Shown piece by piece: positions 33,049-43,517 of a stretch of 64,000 bases of DNA; position 1 is the first letter of the stretch, and each line of letters begins with the position of its first letter. The position numbers and the translations under genes are program-made. Origin of the DNA: Gracilinanus agilis (taxonomy: Eukaryota); NCBI RefSeq assembly GCF_016433145.1, contig NC_058133.1:193674661-193738660 (forward strand), written 5' to 3'. The notes beneath the pieces are model-generated. The model saw nothing but the letters and a program-made list of their open reading frames with translations. It did no database searches and was not told the DNA's origin.

Positions 33049-34428
33049 CTGTGCAGGGCGACAGGGATGGGGTGAAGTCCCAGAATAGTAGCACGTGACC
33101 CTTTCAAAGTCCTCAGTGCCTTCAGCTCCCAGGGAGGTTCACAGATGCCCACATTTCAGCTCTGCCTATTGCCAACAAGCTCCTTCCTTTCAGCCTCCCT
33201 GATGCTTAGCTTTTCCTGTGTGTGAGGCTTTACTATTCATGCCCAGCTTTCTCAGGCTCCATCTCAGGTCCATTTCTCCATAGGAGACGCCTGGCTTTCC
33301 ACCATACCAGTTATGTATGCCTAGTTACTGACTTCTTTCTAGTTCTCCACATCTGGGGAGATACCTGTCCTCTCCCTACGATTCATTTCTCATGTTCCAC
33401 CATGGAACTGCAGCAGCTAAAAACCATCTGTTAACATCTGTTCTCTGCTTTAGCCCTTCCCTCCACTTCCCATCTGTCTCCTCCCCCTTCTCCCCTCATG
33501 TTTCAGGCCCCTCACTCCCATCCCCTCCTGTCCCCCACCACCACCAGGGGTCTCACTCACCCTTTGCCCTCGATGAGGCAGACATGTTGACTGTAGTGGC
33601 TCCAGTCAAAGGCACCAGGGTCCTGTCGCAGCCAGACCCCCAGCTCCTGACGATTTACCTCCAAGAAGTCAGTCATAGTGATGTCCTCAAAGTGGGCACA
33701 GGCGCTGAGCAGCTGGTACACAGTGGGGCCAGAGCCAATATCAATGAGGCTATGGCCAGTCACTTCACCTGGGGAACCAACACCCAGGCTGTTAGTCAGT
33801 CTCCCTCTCCTCTGCCTCTGTGGGCTTCATTCTTCACCTGTTCAGTCTTCCTCTCTGTCTTGTCTCTGTTTCTGTTCTCTCCCTACAGCATACTCAGGAT
33901 CTCTATTTCAGTCTGTCTCTGTCTCTCTCTTCCTCGATCCTCCCTCTATTTTCTCCCTATCCTCTCTATCTTTGTGTCTCTCTTCCTGTCCTGTCTCTGA
34001 CTCTACCCTCGATTTGTCTCTATTCTCTATCTCTCCCTAGCTTCTCTGTCTCTGACTCTATCCTCTCTGTCTCCATTTCTCTATTCTCTTTTTCTGGGTC
34101 TCTCCATCCTCTGTCTCTGTTTCTATCCTGTCTCTCTTTCTCTCTCCCTATCCTCTCTTTTTGTCTCTGTCCTCTCTATCCAGTCTCTCTCTCTCTCTCC
34201 TCTATCTCCCTATCCTCTCTGTCTTTCTCTATCCTCTCTGTCTATCTCTCTATCCTGTTTCTGTCTCTTATCTCCCTATCCTTTCTCTGTCTAGCTTCTC
34301 TGTTTCTATCTTCTCCGTCTCTGTGTCCCTATCCCCTTTATTTTCCTATCCTGTCTCTCTCTGTCTATCCTCTGGCTCTTTCTCTCCCTATCTTTTCTGT
34401 CTCTATTATGCTATCCTCTCTCTCTGCC

Positions 34429-34507
<79 letters not shown>

Positions 34508-34535
34508 CTATCCTGTCTCTGTCTCTTATCTCCCT

Positions 34536-34583
<48 letters not shown>

Positions 34584-35240
34584 GGGTCTTCCCTCTCTCT
34601 CTATCTCCCTATCCTCTTTATTTCCCTATCCTGTCTCTCCCTGTCTATCCTCTGGCTCTGTCTCTACCTTGCTCTGTCTCTGTCTCTATCTGTCTAGCTA
34701 TCCTGTCTCTGTCTCTTATCTCCCTATCCTCTCTCGGTCTCCGTCTATCTTTTGGGTCTGACCTCTCTGTCTCTGCCTCCCAGTCCTCTCTATTTGTTTG
34801 TTTGTTTGTTTGTTTATGTTTCTCTCTATCTGTTTATCCTCTGGCTCTGGCTCTCCCTATCCTCTCTCTGTGTCTGTCTCTATCCTGTCTTTTTGTCCCT
34901 CTCTATCCTTTCTGTCTTTCTACACTTAAAAAAAAATCTCTGGCAGACAACTGTGCCCTTCTGAGTTATAAAGCTCACCTCTCCAACTCCTCTTGCTCCC
35001 CTGCCATGCCATGCCTCAGTTTCCCCCCAACCCTTGCTGCTCACCCGTGGCAAAGGTTTCGGCTAGACATCGCAGTTTCCAGGGTCCCACGCCATCTGGT
35101 TGGCGCAGGTCCCCTCGAGGGGGTCCATAGTTGTTGCGGAGATAGGGGCCAGGCTCGAAGCGCTGGTAACTGGCCGCCACCGCCGCCCTCCCTGGGTCGG
35201 AAGATGCCCCAGTGCCCAGGTTCTTGCTCTCGCTGCTCAT
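32610..35240 (-). CDS. PNMT: Phenylethanolamine N-methyltransferase, full spliced CDS (3 exons, 843 nt, 280 aa)
   Basis: complement(join(35045-35240,33561-33768,32610-33048)). SAM motif LIDIGSGPT, YLRNNY, FCLEAVS, LEESWY and VDDVKG are present. Confidence 0.98.
33561..33768 (-). CDS. PNMT: PNMT exon 2 (208 nt)
   Basis: ttccccag|EVTGHSLIDIGSGPT...CLIEGKG|gtgagt. Confidence 0.97.
33800..34930. repeat. Compound CT-rich low-complexity tract in PNMT intron 1, with (TCTA)19 at 34429-34504
   Basis: Almost purine-free on the + strand apart from TCTA/CCTA/GTC units. Confidence 0.97.
35045..35240 (-). CDS. PNMT: PNMT exon 1 coding part (196 nt)
   Basis: MSSESKNLG...WKLRCLAETFATG|gtgagc. Confidence 0.96.
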
Positions 35241-35720
35241 CTTGCCACCCGTCTGCGTGGCCTCCCGCCCGGGTCGGGGCTATATATCTCCTGCCGGCTC
35301 TCCCCCTGCTATTCCCATCTATACCCGCCCCGGGTCTGGCCAGGCCCCCTCACCGCCCCCCACCACGTCGACTGAAAGGATGCGCTGCCCCGGGCGACAG
35401 TCCCCAGGTTTGTGAAGCCATCCATCTCGCTTAGTGTCAGCAGCCTCGGGAGCACAGTGTCCCGATTCGGGGGGCGGGGGACGGGAGGAAGCGGAGGAAC
35501 AGTGCCCGCCCGAGGCTCAAACACCGGCTGGGCGGCCGCACCACGCTCGGGCTGCGTCTTCTGCTCCGCTCCCCGCTCCCTCCCACCCAGAGCCCACGCC
35601 CTCCTTGGGCTTCGCCTCCAAAGCTCTCCGAATCAATTCACCATTTATTAAGCTCTTACTGCATACCAGGCCCCCGGAATACAGAGGCCGAAAAGGTCGC
35701 TCGCCTCGTCCATCCCACTG
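35241..35720 (-). promoter_or_regulatory. PNMT: PNMT promoter (CpG-rich, TATA box at 35281-35286, GC boxes)
   Basis: Minus-strand GATATATAG about 40 nt upstream of the ATG; several CCGCCC/GGGCGG boxes. Confidence 0.8.
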
Positions 35721-35984
35721 GCTGCTGCTGATGCAAGTGGCCCAGATTGACCCAGAGCTTTTTGCCCTCAGTTCCCTCCCTGGGCTCCTTCCACCCCGTA
35801 CCAGAGAAGAACTGCAGAAACTATCACTCCCCCACCCCCGCCTTGTTTCTCCGCAGCCCCCTCTCGTGATAGCCATGAAGGGCTTCCATTCTCCAGGGAC
35901 CCCCTCCAAATTCTCTGGCAGTCCCTCACATCACTGCCCCCCCCCTTCCGGGGCTACATACCTTGCTCCGGTGGGGTGGAAAGA

Positions 35985-36190
35985 ACTCGGCTTAAAAGCA
36001 AACCCTGCCCTTCTGTCTTGGAATCAATGCTGGGTATTATTTCCAAGGCAAGAAGAGCCATCAAAGCTGGCCAATGGGGGTTAAGTGACGCCCAGGGTCA
36101 CAGGGCTAGGAAGTGTCTGAGGTCATATTTGAACCCAGGACCTTCCATCTCTAGGCTTGCCTCTCCATCCACAGAACCCCCTTAGCTGCC
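35985..36190 (-). mobile_element. SINE1-type SINE upstream of PNMT
   Basis: Reverse-complemented head, CORE and tail. Confidence 0.75.
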
Positions 36191-36269
36191 CCAAGAGCAC
36201 TGCTTTTTAAGTCATAATTGCTCAAGGCATCCAAGGTCCTTCACACGGGAGGTTCACTTCACCCAACCC

Positions 36270-36492
36270 AGTGCTCTGTATCTGACTCTTTGAGACCCCA
36301 TTTGGGGTTTTTTTGGACAAAGATACTGGAGCAGCTTGTCATTTCCTTCCCCGGCTCATTTGGCAGATGAGGAAACGGAGGCAAACAGGGTTACACAGCC
36401 AATAAGGGTCTGAGGCTGGATTTAAACTCAGGAAGAAGAAATCTTCCTGATTTCTAGGCCTTTTTTCTACCCACTGTGACACCCAGCTGCCC
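36270..36492 (-). mobile_element. MAR1-like SINE
   Basis: accccatttggggttttt-ggacaaagatactggag RTE tail, reversed. Confidence 0.75.
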
Positions 36493-37429
36493 TAAGTATT
36501 CCCAATTTTCTGTACGGATGAAGAAACTGAGACTCGGATGGTTTGGGACTTGCTTAAGACCACACAGCTAGGAAGTGTCCAGATAGAGCTCACATATAGG
36601 TGCTCTTGACACCCACCACCCCAAGCATCCTAGCCATTGGATTTCCTCATTTGTAAAGTGCACACGTGATGGGGAGGGGTGGTAGTGATAGGTAAGGATC
36701 TCTTTTAGCTCAGAGTCCTCCCAACCCAAGTCCATTCATCCCATTCCTTCTAGAATTCCTCTTGTTCCGCCCTTCAAACCTTCCTGCTAAGGCCTTAGTT
36801 TGTCCATTGCCCAAGTTTGAGCTGCTCCCTCTCATCCTCCCTTGGGCCTCTAATCTCTCCCTCCTCCCCTCCCACCCAGACCCACAGGACAGTGCGTTCC
36901 CTGCCTCTTCCCATATCCTAGCTTCTGTTGCCCTGGGCCCCAAAGCCGGTCAACAGTTATCTCCCTCATCCACCCCAGCCTCCCTCCATTCCCCATCGAT
37001 GGCTATCTTGATAGGGGAGTCAGCAGGGAAACCAAGGCCTGCCAGGTGGGGGATTGATAAGTTAATGAAGTTAGTTAGCAGGCCTCTGGGCCCTTCTGCT
37101 CACTTCCTCTTCTCTAGATTAGTGCTGAGCATGGGGTGGAAGGGACTGAGGACAGAAGGTTCTGTGCCAGCCTGGGGACCTGGGGTGGGGGTGGGGGACC
37201 CTGGTCACTTGAATTCAGCAGCAGCCAGTGGGGATGGATGAGGCGAGATCTCTATGGAGGCAAGTGATAGAATTGAAAAGCTGCTGCCCAGAGGACCTTC
37301 CTTCCTTCCTTCCTTCCTTGCAAAGAGTCCACTCTTCACTCTGGAGGGTCTCTGGAGGTGGGATGGAGTGGTGAAAATGAAATGAAAATGAGCCAGAATG
37401 CAAGTGGAATTGCAGAGGCTGTTCTCTGT

Positions 37430-37442
37430 TGCCATCTGCTGA
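37430..37442 (-). promoter_or_regulatory. CTCF-like motif between PNMT and TCAP
   Basis: Minus-strand TCAGCAGATGGCA, one mismatch at the first position. Confidence 0.4.
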
Positions 37443-38063
37443 CTTTTATTTTTATACCCTTTTTTCTTTATGATCTCATACAGGTTTTGATTTTCCCATA
37501 CATTCAAAATCACATATTAACTTTTGAAACATCATATGATTGGCATTTACTAATTATCTTACTGTGGTTAAACAAAGGAGCAAGCTTGTCAAGAATTATT
37601 CATTACAGAATGGCTTAGTTGGAACTTATTATTTTCAGCCATCCATAAGGTACAAGAACATTAGTTCCTAGCTAAGCATAATAGTTAATTATATTTTAAC
37701 TAATTAAATCATGTATATTGTTACGTTATACTATTCATACCTATCATCAATCAAGGAGATAGTTATGGTAGTTGATTACATCAAATAAGATACAATAATA
37801 TCAGTCTGGTCCAAATTTTGCTCCCATGATGTTCTTTCACTTTTCACTATTTTTTTTTAAAGTATGTTTGCTGTTCTTTCTGCTATAGGGTTAATAAGAA
37901 TGCAGTTCTGGAAGGGTGATTCTGTGCTAATTTGTCATTCCCCTGTTTTCCTTGTGTTTCATTGTTTCCTTGGCCTGTGGGAGTTTGGGAACAAACCCAG
38001 GCCAGGTACTTTCTTGCTGGGGAATTTAGAAACTTGCATTAACTCAATAACTGCTGATTTTTT

Positions 38064-38240
38064 TTTAACCCTTAATTTCGGTGTATTGTCGCATAGATGG
38101 AAGAGTGGTAAGGGTGGGCAATGGGGGTCAAGTGACTTGCCCAGGGTCACACAGCTGGGAAGTGTCTGAGGCCGGGTTTGAACCTAGGACCTCCTGTCTC
38201 TAGGCCTGACTCTCACTCCACTGAGCTACCCAGCTGCCCC
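38064..38240 (-). mobile_element. Young SINE1_Mdo (short-tail type)
   Basis: 19-bp TSD CAATAACTGCTGATTTTTT (38045-63, 38241-59); CpGs retained. Confidence 0.95.
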
Positions 38241-38547
38241 CAATAACTGCTGATTTTTTGCTGGGCTGATTCTAGGGAAAGTTTCTATACTCTGGGGTTT
38301 GTTTTGGGGTTTATTTTGGGATAGTAGGTAGACCGTGACTGGTTGTTCTTCCCATGAACCTGTATTGTTTTTTTGTGTCTCCCTGGGGCTGAATAAGGAT
38401 ACTGATTGCAATAGTTTCAATGCAAGTGAATGTCACTGTAAAAAGAATCACATAGGGTAAACTGAGTGTGGAATTTCCATCCTCCTGACAACCTGCTGTG
38501 CTGGATTGTCAGAGCTGGGGACTAGCTGTGCTAAACGTCACGGCTTT

Positions 38548-38686
38548 NNNNNNNNNNNNNNNNNNNNNNNNNNNNNNNNNNNNNNNNNNNNNNNNNNNNN
38601 NNNNNNNNNNNNNNNNNNNNNNNNNNNNNNNNNNNNNNNNNNNNNNNNNNNNNNNNNNNNNNNNNNNNNNNNNNNNNNNNNNNNNN
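38548..38686. other. Assembly gap (139 N)
   Basis: Run of N. Confidence 1.
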
Positions 38687-39971
38687 ACTGTATTTGGTTC
38701 CAAGGTAGAAGAGGTAGGCAATGAGTGTTAAGTGATTTGCCCAGGGTCACACAGTATCTGAGGTCAAACTTGAACCCAGGACCTCCTGTCCCTAGGCCTG
38801 GCTCTCAATCCATTGAGCTGTCTAGTTGCCTCCTAAAAAATAATCCTAAAAAAAAAAAAAATCCTAAAAAGTAAAAGTTTTATTTCTTAGAATTAGTGGG
38901 GAGCCTGGATTCATAGGTCCTTTCTTGGAGGCTCCCTGTCACCTAGGTTTTCCTGGACTCCTCCTCCCATAGGGAGAGGGGCTACCCAATGCCTTTCACT
39001 AATGACAGCTCAGTTTCCCTTGAACCCAGGTGTAAAGGGAAGGCATATTGGCCAGGCAGTTACAGGAGCATAGGTAGCTGTAATCTAAACTCTCTCAATT
39101 TTACAAACAGGATAACTGAGGTCAAGAGAGGGGAAATACATTGCCCGAACAGAGCTAAGATCTGAACCCAGATTTTGACTTTGAATCCAGTGTTCTTTCC
39201 ATCATCCTCACTCTTTTCTCTGTGCTGGGTTCTCCTAAACATCCAGACTGCCCTTTCCTGCCCTGCCTTGTGTTCAGGGCTCTCCACAAACCTTCCCCAG
39301 AGCCTACTTTCCTTCTCTATCCTGTCAGCCTGCCACCCCACTACATAAAGCTGTGCTTGCTTAGGGATGAGGGAAGGTTTGTCTGAGGTGGGGGTGGGGG
39401 GTAGTAGTAAGAACATTCTCTTCCTGACTGACCTCCGTGGTTGGAACATGAGTCAGCCTGACATCTGAGCACAGGCCGGAGGCAGGAATCGGACCACCCC
39501 ACACCCCCGTGCCCGCGGGTTCCCTGCCTTGGCAGGCCCAGACTATAGCTGGTTCTCAGGGGAAGCCCAAATATCTAATTCCATCTTCCTGAGGTTTTTC
39601 TGCAGAACAAGGCCCAGGAGTTGGAGGCAGGAATTAGGGCCTCCTCTCCTCAGCTTGACCATGGACAAACCAAACATCAGTTCTTGGGGATCAATCTTTC
39701 CATCCATTTTTTTCCATGCTCTGCCAGTATCCAGTGAGTGAGGGGGAGGAGGGAAGCAAGCAGCTGCCTCTGTTTACAGCTTTGTCCTTGTACCCTAGTC
39801 TGAGCACTGCCCAGAAGCCACACTATATTTAACCTAGGACCTTGGCAGGAGCCAGAGGACCATTTGCAGTTCTGGACATCAAAGAGTATGGGCATTAGTG
39901 GTCTGGACAGATGTAACCCCGTGCCCCAGGGTCGAAGGGAAAGGCAGACACGTTCAGAACCAGCTTTCAAT

Positions 39972-39977
39972 TTTATT
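39972..39977 (-). terminator. TCAP: TCAP polyadenylation signal AATAAA
   Basis: Minus-strand AATAAA about 390 nt after the stop. Confidence 0.75.
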
Positions 39978-40362
39978 GAAGCACTAACAGATGATGCTTG
40001 GGTGGGACCCTAACACAGCTCCCCCAGCCCTGCCTCCTCCCCTTGAGGCTCTCCGCTCCAGTCTCACATCCCCCTTCCATCTGGACTCCTTCAGGGGTTT
40101 CCTAACCCCATTCACATCTCATTTTTCTCTAGACCCTGGTCTTCAGTCACCTAGTCTCCCATCTAACTCATCTCCTCCCTTCAGGAGCTCAGAAGACCCA
40201 AATGTCCTACTTCCTGGCTCCCTCTTCCCAACCCAACTCTGGGCTAACTACAAAGCTTTAATGACCAGTCCTCCTCCCCCTCCCAGGTAGTAGCCAGGGA
40301 GTGCCCACAGCAAGGAAGGCACAGGAATCGGGGGAGAAGGAATGTTACCCCCAGAGTCCCCT

Positions 40363-40768
40363 TCAGCCTCTTTGTGCTTCCTGGGACATAGATCGGGATA
40401 GAGAGCGACGGGGGGCGCCAGGTTTGCCAAACTGGGGGTGGCTGGCAGCCACCACAGGAGGCAGCTCCTTTTTGATCTCAATCACCTCACGCCGGTCCAG
40501 GCACTGCCCCCCCAGAGCTGTTTCCAGAGCCAGGAGCTCCCGAAGCTGGATGGGAGTGGCCTCACGATCTTCCTTGAAGCCCACCTTTGAGGGCGTGAAG
40601 ATGGGCAGAGGCAGAGTCCTCGCATAGGGCAGCTGGTACTCCTGCAATCTCTGGCCAAGGATGCCCATCCGCATCACTTGCAAGGGTGACCGTTGCACCA
40701 GGGCCTGGCACTGCCCCTGCCTGTGGTATGTCTCTCGGTGCTGGGTATCTTCTTCGTGCACAGAGCAA
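40363..40768 (-). CDS. TCAP: TCAP exon 2 coding part (406 nt)
   Basis: ttttcccag|CSVHEEDTQ...SQEAQRG-TAA. Confidence 0.97.
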
Positions 40769-41106
40769 CTGGGAAAAGAGCATTGTGTAGGCAAAGGAGA
40801 CTCTTAGAGTAAAGCCACCGCTGCCTGCCCCCATCCCTCATGCCTGAGAGGGTGACACAGGCTGTCAGGCTCTCCGAGGTCTAACTGGGTGCCTGAGGGT
40901 GTGTGGTGTGGGTGGGCATCCCTGCCATAAGGGCACCTGGCCCCTCTGAAGAGGTTCCCTTGATTCAGTCTTAGGGTAAGGCTGTGGGGCACTTACCCCT
41001 CCTCTGGCCGGGAAGACAGCGTCAGATCCTTCCACTCAGCCCAAAAGGTCTCCCTCCGGTCCATGTTCTCTTCCGACACCTCGCAGCTCAGCTCGAGTGC
41101 AGCCAT
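40363..41106 (-). CDS. TCAP: Telethonin / titin-cap, full spliced CDS (2 exons, 516 nt, 171 aa)
   Basis: complement(join(40997-41106,40363-40768)). ELSCEVSEEN, FWAEWKDL, EYQLPY and C-terminal RRSLSRSMSQEAQRG are present. Confidence 0.98.
40997..41106 (-). CDS. TCAP: TCAP exon 1 coding part (110 nt)
   Basis: ACCATGG Kozak; MAALELSCEV...SRPEEG|gtaagt. Confidence 0.97.
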
Positions 41107-41121
41107 GGTCACTGTGGGGCA

Positions 41122-41122
<1 letters not shown>

Positions 41123-41159
<37 letters not shown>

Positions 41160-41169
41160 TCTCTCTCTC
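41123..41169. repeat. (CT)n/(AG)n microsatellite between the TCAP TATA box and ATG
   Basis: About 23 units with one interruption at 41147. Confidence 0.97.
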
Positions 41170-41192
41170 CCCGTCCGGTCCTGTCCCTGTGG

Positions 41193-41202
41193 CTTTATAT
41201 AA
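41193..41202 (-). promoter_or_regulatory. TCAP: TCAP TATA box
   Basis: Minus-strand TTATATAAAG about 90 nt upstream of the ATG. Confidence 0.8.
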
Positions 41203-42968
41203 CCCCCTCCCCCCCACCCTCCAGTCTATTTCAGGCCCATGGCGAAGGAACTATATCTGGAGCCCAGACTCGTGGAAGGGAGGGGGGCCAGGATGGGTAG
41301 GTCTGCCGGCAAACGTCCACCTTCACATCCTGGGGTGGGGGTAGGGGCAGAGTTCAAGGCTGCTCCTTCTGGCTGACTTCCAGGGGCACCCCTTGCCCCA
41401 GGGCCCACAGGATGAGACAGAATTCTGAGACTTGGGAGGGGATCCATTGCCAGGCCTCTTTTCAGGGAGCTTCTGGAGTCCTCAGCACCCCCAGGCACCT
41501 TCAGAGGCCAGCCACGTGTGTCCCCCCAGGCCCTGCCTGAGATTCCTGCTTGGAACAATCGCTCCCCCCCCTTGCCGGCCTGCCCCTCTCTGCAGGGGGA
41601 AGGTAAGGCACATGTTTGTAAACAGATCAGCACATGTCAGGCTCTGGTGCCCAAAGTTCTCAGCTCCAGGGGTTGGCAGGCTTCCTGCCCCACAACCGTC
41701 CTTTCTTTTCCTCTGGGCATGCTGCCGCCCCTTACCCCCCAGGCCCTGACATATCATATACTCTGCCTCTGGGATATTTAAAGGAGTTAACGGCTCTGTG
41801 CACGCCAAGCCCTGGGGCCGTTGGGAAAAGGGCACACTCCCCTGTTGCCCAACAGTAACAGCTTAGGTCGGTGCCCATGCCCATTCCCTCCTCTAGAGAA
41901 GAAGGGGTGTTAGTGGTGATGGTGTGAATCCCCCTTCTGGTCTCCTGGGCACTGATGACCTTTGTCTGTTGTCTGTCTCTCCCAAGGCCAAAGCAGCTGC
42001 TCCCCGGGGCAGTGTCAGCAGTGGAAAGTGGCATAGTCCTGTCCCCTCAGCTTTACTAGGGCGAGCATGGGGAAGTGGGATAGCCTCTGGGCCTCAGGTG
42101 AAGTCAGATCAAGGTTCTAGTTGTCTCTACTAAGCTCGCACTAGAATTTGGGCAAGTCCTTTCCCCTTTTAGGACCTCCATTTCCTCTGTAAAAATAAGG
42201 GGGTTGGACCTCTCTTAGGTGCCCTCCAGCCTCGAATTTGTCTCCTTAGAACAAGTGTTAATTTGTACTTTGAGCACCAGCCCAAGGACTGGACCTCATG
42301 GTAGTAGGCGTCTGTGGCAGGGCATTATGGGGGATAAGGAGCAGAGGTCCCAGCCTCAGAGGAGGGAGGGGCCATAAAGGTCATCAAGGCCAATAGGGCT
42401 GGAGGAGTGTCCATGGCCCCTCATACCTCTAGAACCAACTGTGGACTCCTTGGTTTGGCCTTGAAAGCTCGTGGCCCCCATTGGTCCCATCCCCCATTTT
42501 CCCCACGGCATTCTTTTCCTCCCTCCCTTGAACTCCAGGATCTGACCAGACTGGTGGCCTTTCTGTTCCTCGAACCCAACACTCCATCTCAAGCTCCTAT
42601 TTCCATGCCTTTGCAGCAGCTGTTTCAAATGCTAGGAGTGCATTCTCTCCTCTCTGCCGTCTCCTTCCAGCCCCTAGGCCCACTGCCAACTAGCCGTGAG
42701 CCCTACATTCCCTATGTCAGAGGCTCAAGACAACAAGGAGTAAAGCATCTGGAGATCCAAAACGCCCCACCCCCGCTCAAATGCAGCATGGGGGACATCG
42801 TTCAGGGTAAAAGGAGGGCGGACACATTCTTCCTGGACCCACTCAACCCTGCTGCCAGGGAGCACGAGATAGCAGTCGAAGCAGCAGCCACAGCTCCAGC
42901 CCAGTCCCCAGCCCCCAGCCCAGTGGCGCTAGGACAAAAGGCCACAGGCAGGCTGCTTCCATACAGGC

Positions 42969-42974
42969 TTTAAT
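42969..42974 (-). terminator. STARD3: Candidate STARD3 polyadenylation signal ATTAAA
   Basis: Variant hexamer about 440 nt after the stop; no canonical AATAAA seen earlier. Confidence 0.55.
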
Positions 42975-43412
42975 GAATGAGCCGGAGCAAAGGTCCCCAG
43001 TGGGGGGAGGCAGGGCCATATCCCCTCCCTCCACCAGTTTCTGTTGGGAAAAAAAAAGAGTCCCAGACCCTTTAAATAACGGTTATAAAAAGCCAATGGG
43101 AAAGCCGGGGACCCAGTGACTCCCTACGCCGCCCACCAGTTAGGCAGAGCTCTCTGCTTATCCTGGGGACACCTTGGCCCAGGGCCCTATCACCCCCCAC
43201 TGCTGCAGTCAGGAGCCGGCTGCTCTCCCTTCCATCGTGTCCTGCCCCCCTGTGGTAGGACGTGCGACACACCCTTAACCAGAAGAGTGAGCCCTGAGAC
43301 TCCAGCCACCCCCTGCCCTTAGCGTGGGAGAGCCCCCAAGGAGCAGTGTAGCTGGGGGACCCTGGGCACTCTCGGAGGATCTCTTAGGAGCCTGCTGGAG
43401 GCTGGAGGCTTG

Positions 43413-43517
43413 CTACGCTCGAGCACATAACTCTCCGACCCGCTGCCGGAGGTGGAAGGCAAATTCAAACATGGTGGTAGCCAGGCTCTGGTGAATGAGG
43501 TATCGGGGCAGTCGGCC
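43413..43517 (-). CDS. STARD3: STARD3 last exon, coding part (105 nt)
   Basis: [37 protein letters not shown]. Confidence 0.96.
   Translation of the reverse strand, partial: GRLPRYLIHQSLATTMFEFAFHLRQRVGELCARA

Noticed and set aside
33820-34761. 313-aa and overlapping 178-202-aa plus-strand ORFs
   Set aside because: These translate the CT/TCTA tract (S/L/Y/I repeats); pyrimidine-rich DNA simply lacks stop codons.
35089-35103. CTCF-like CAACCAGATGGCG in PNMT exon 1
   Set aside because: Mismatch at a high-information position, and the sequence is explained by coding constraint.
32610-35240. PNMT lacks the two surface cysteines (human C48 and C139) linked to disulfide dimers
   Set aside because: As I recall, rodents also lack them, so this is more likely the ancestral state than a novelty.
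35434-36084. 216-aa ORF antisense to the PNMT promoter
   Set aside because: GC-rich CpG-island sequence running into a SINE; P/S/R-biased, no recognisable domain or splice support.
37690-37760. CATGTATATT-containing AT-rich stretch as a mitochondrial control-region NUMT
   Set aside because: Only a short motif; no adjacent mitochondrial tRNA, rRNA or conserved blocks could be recognised.
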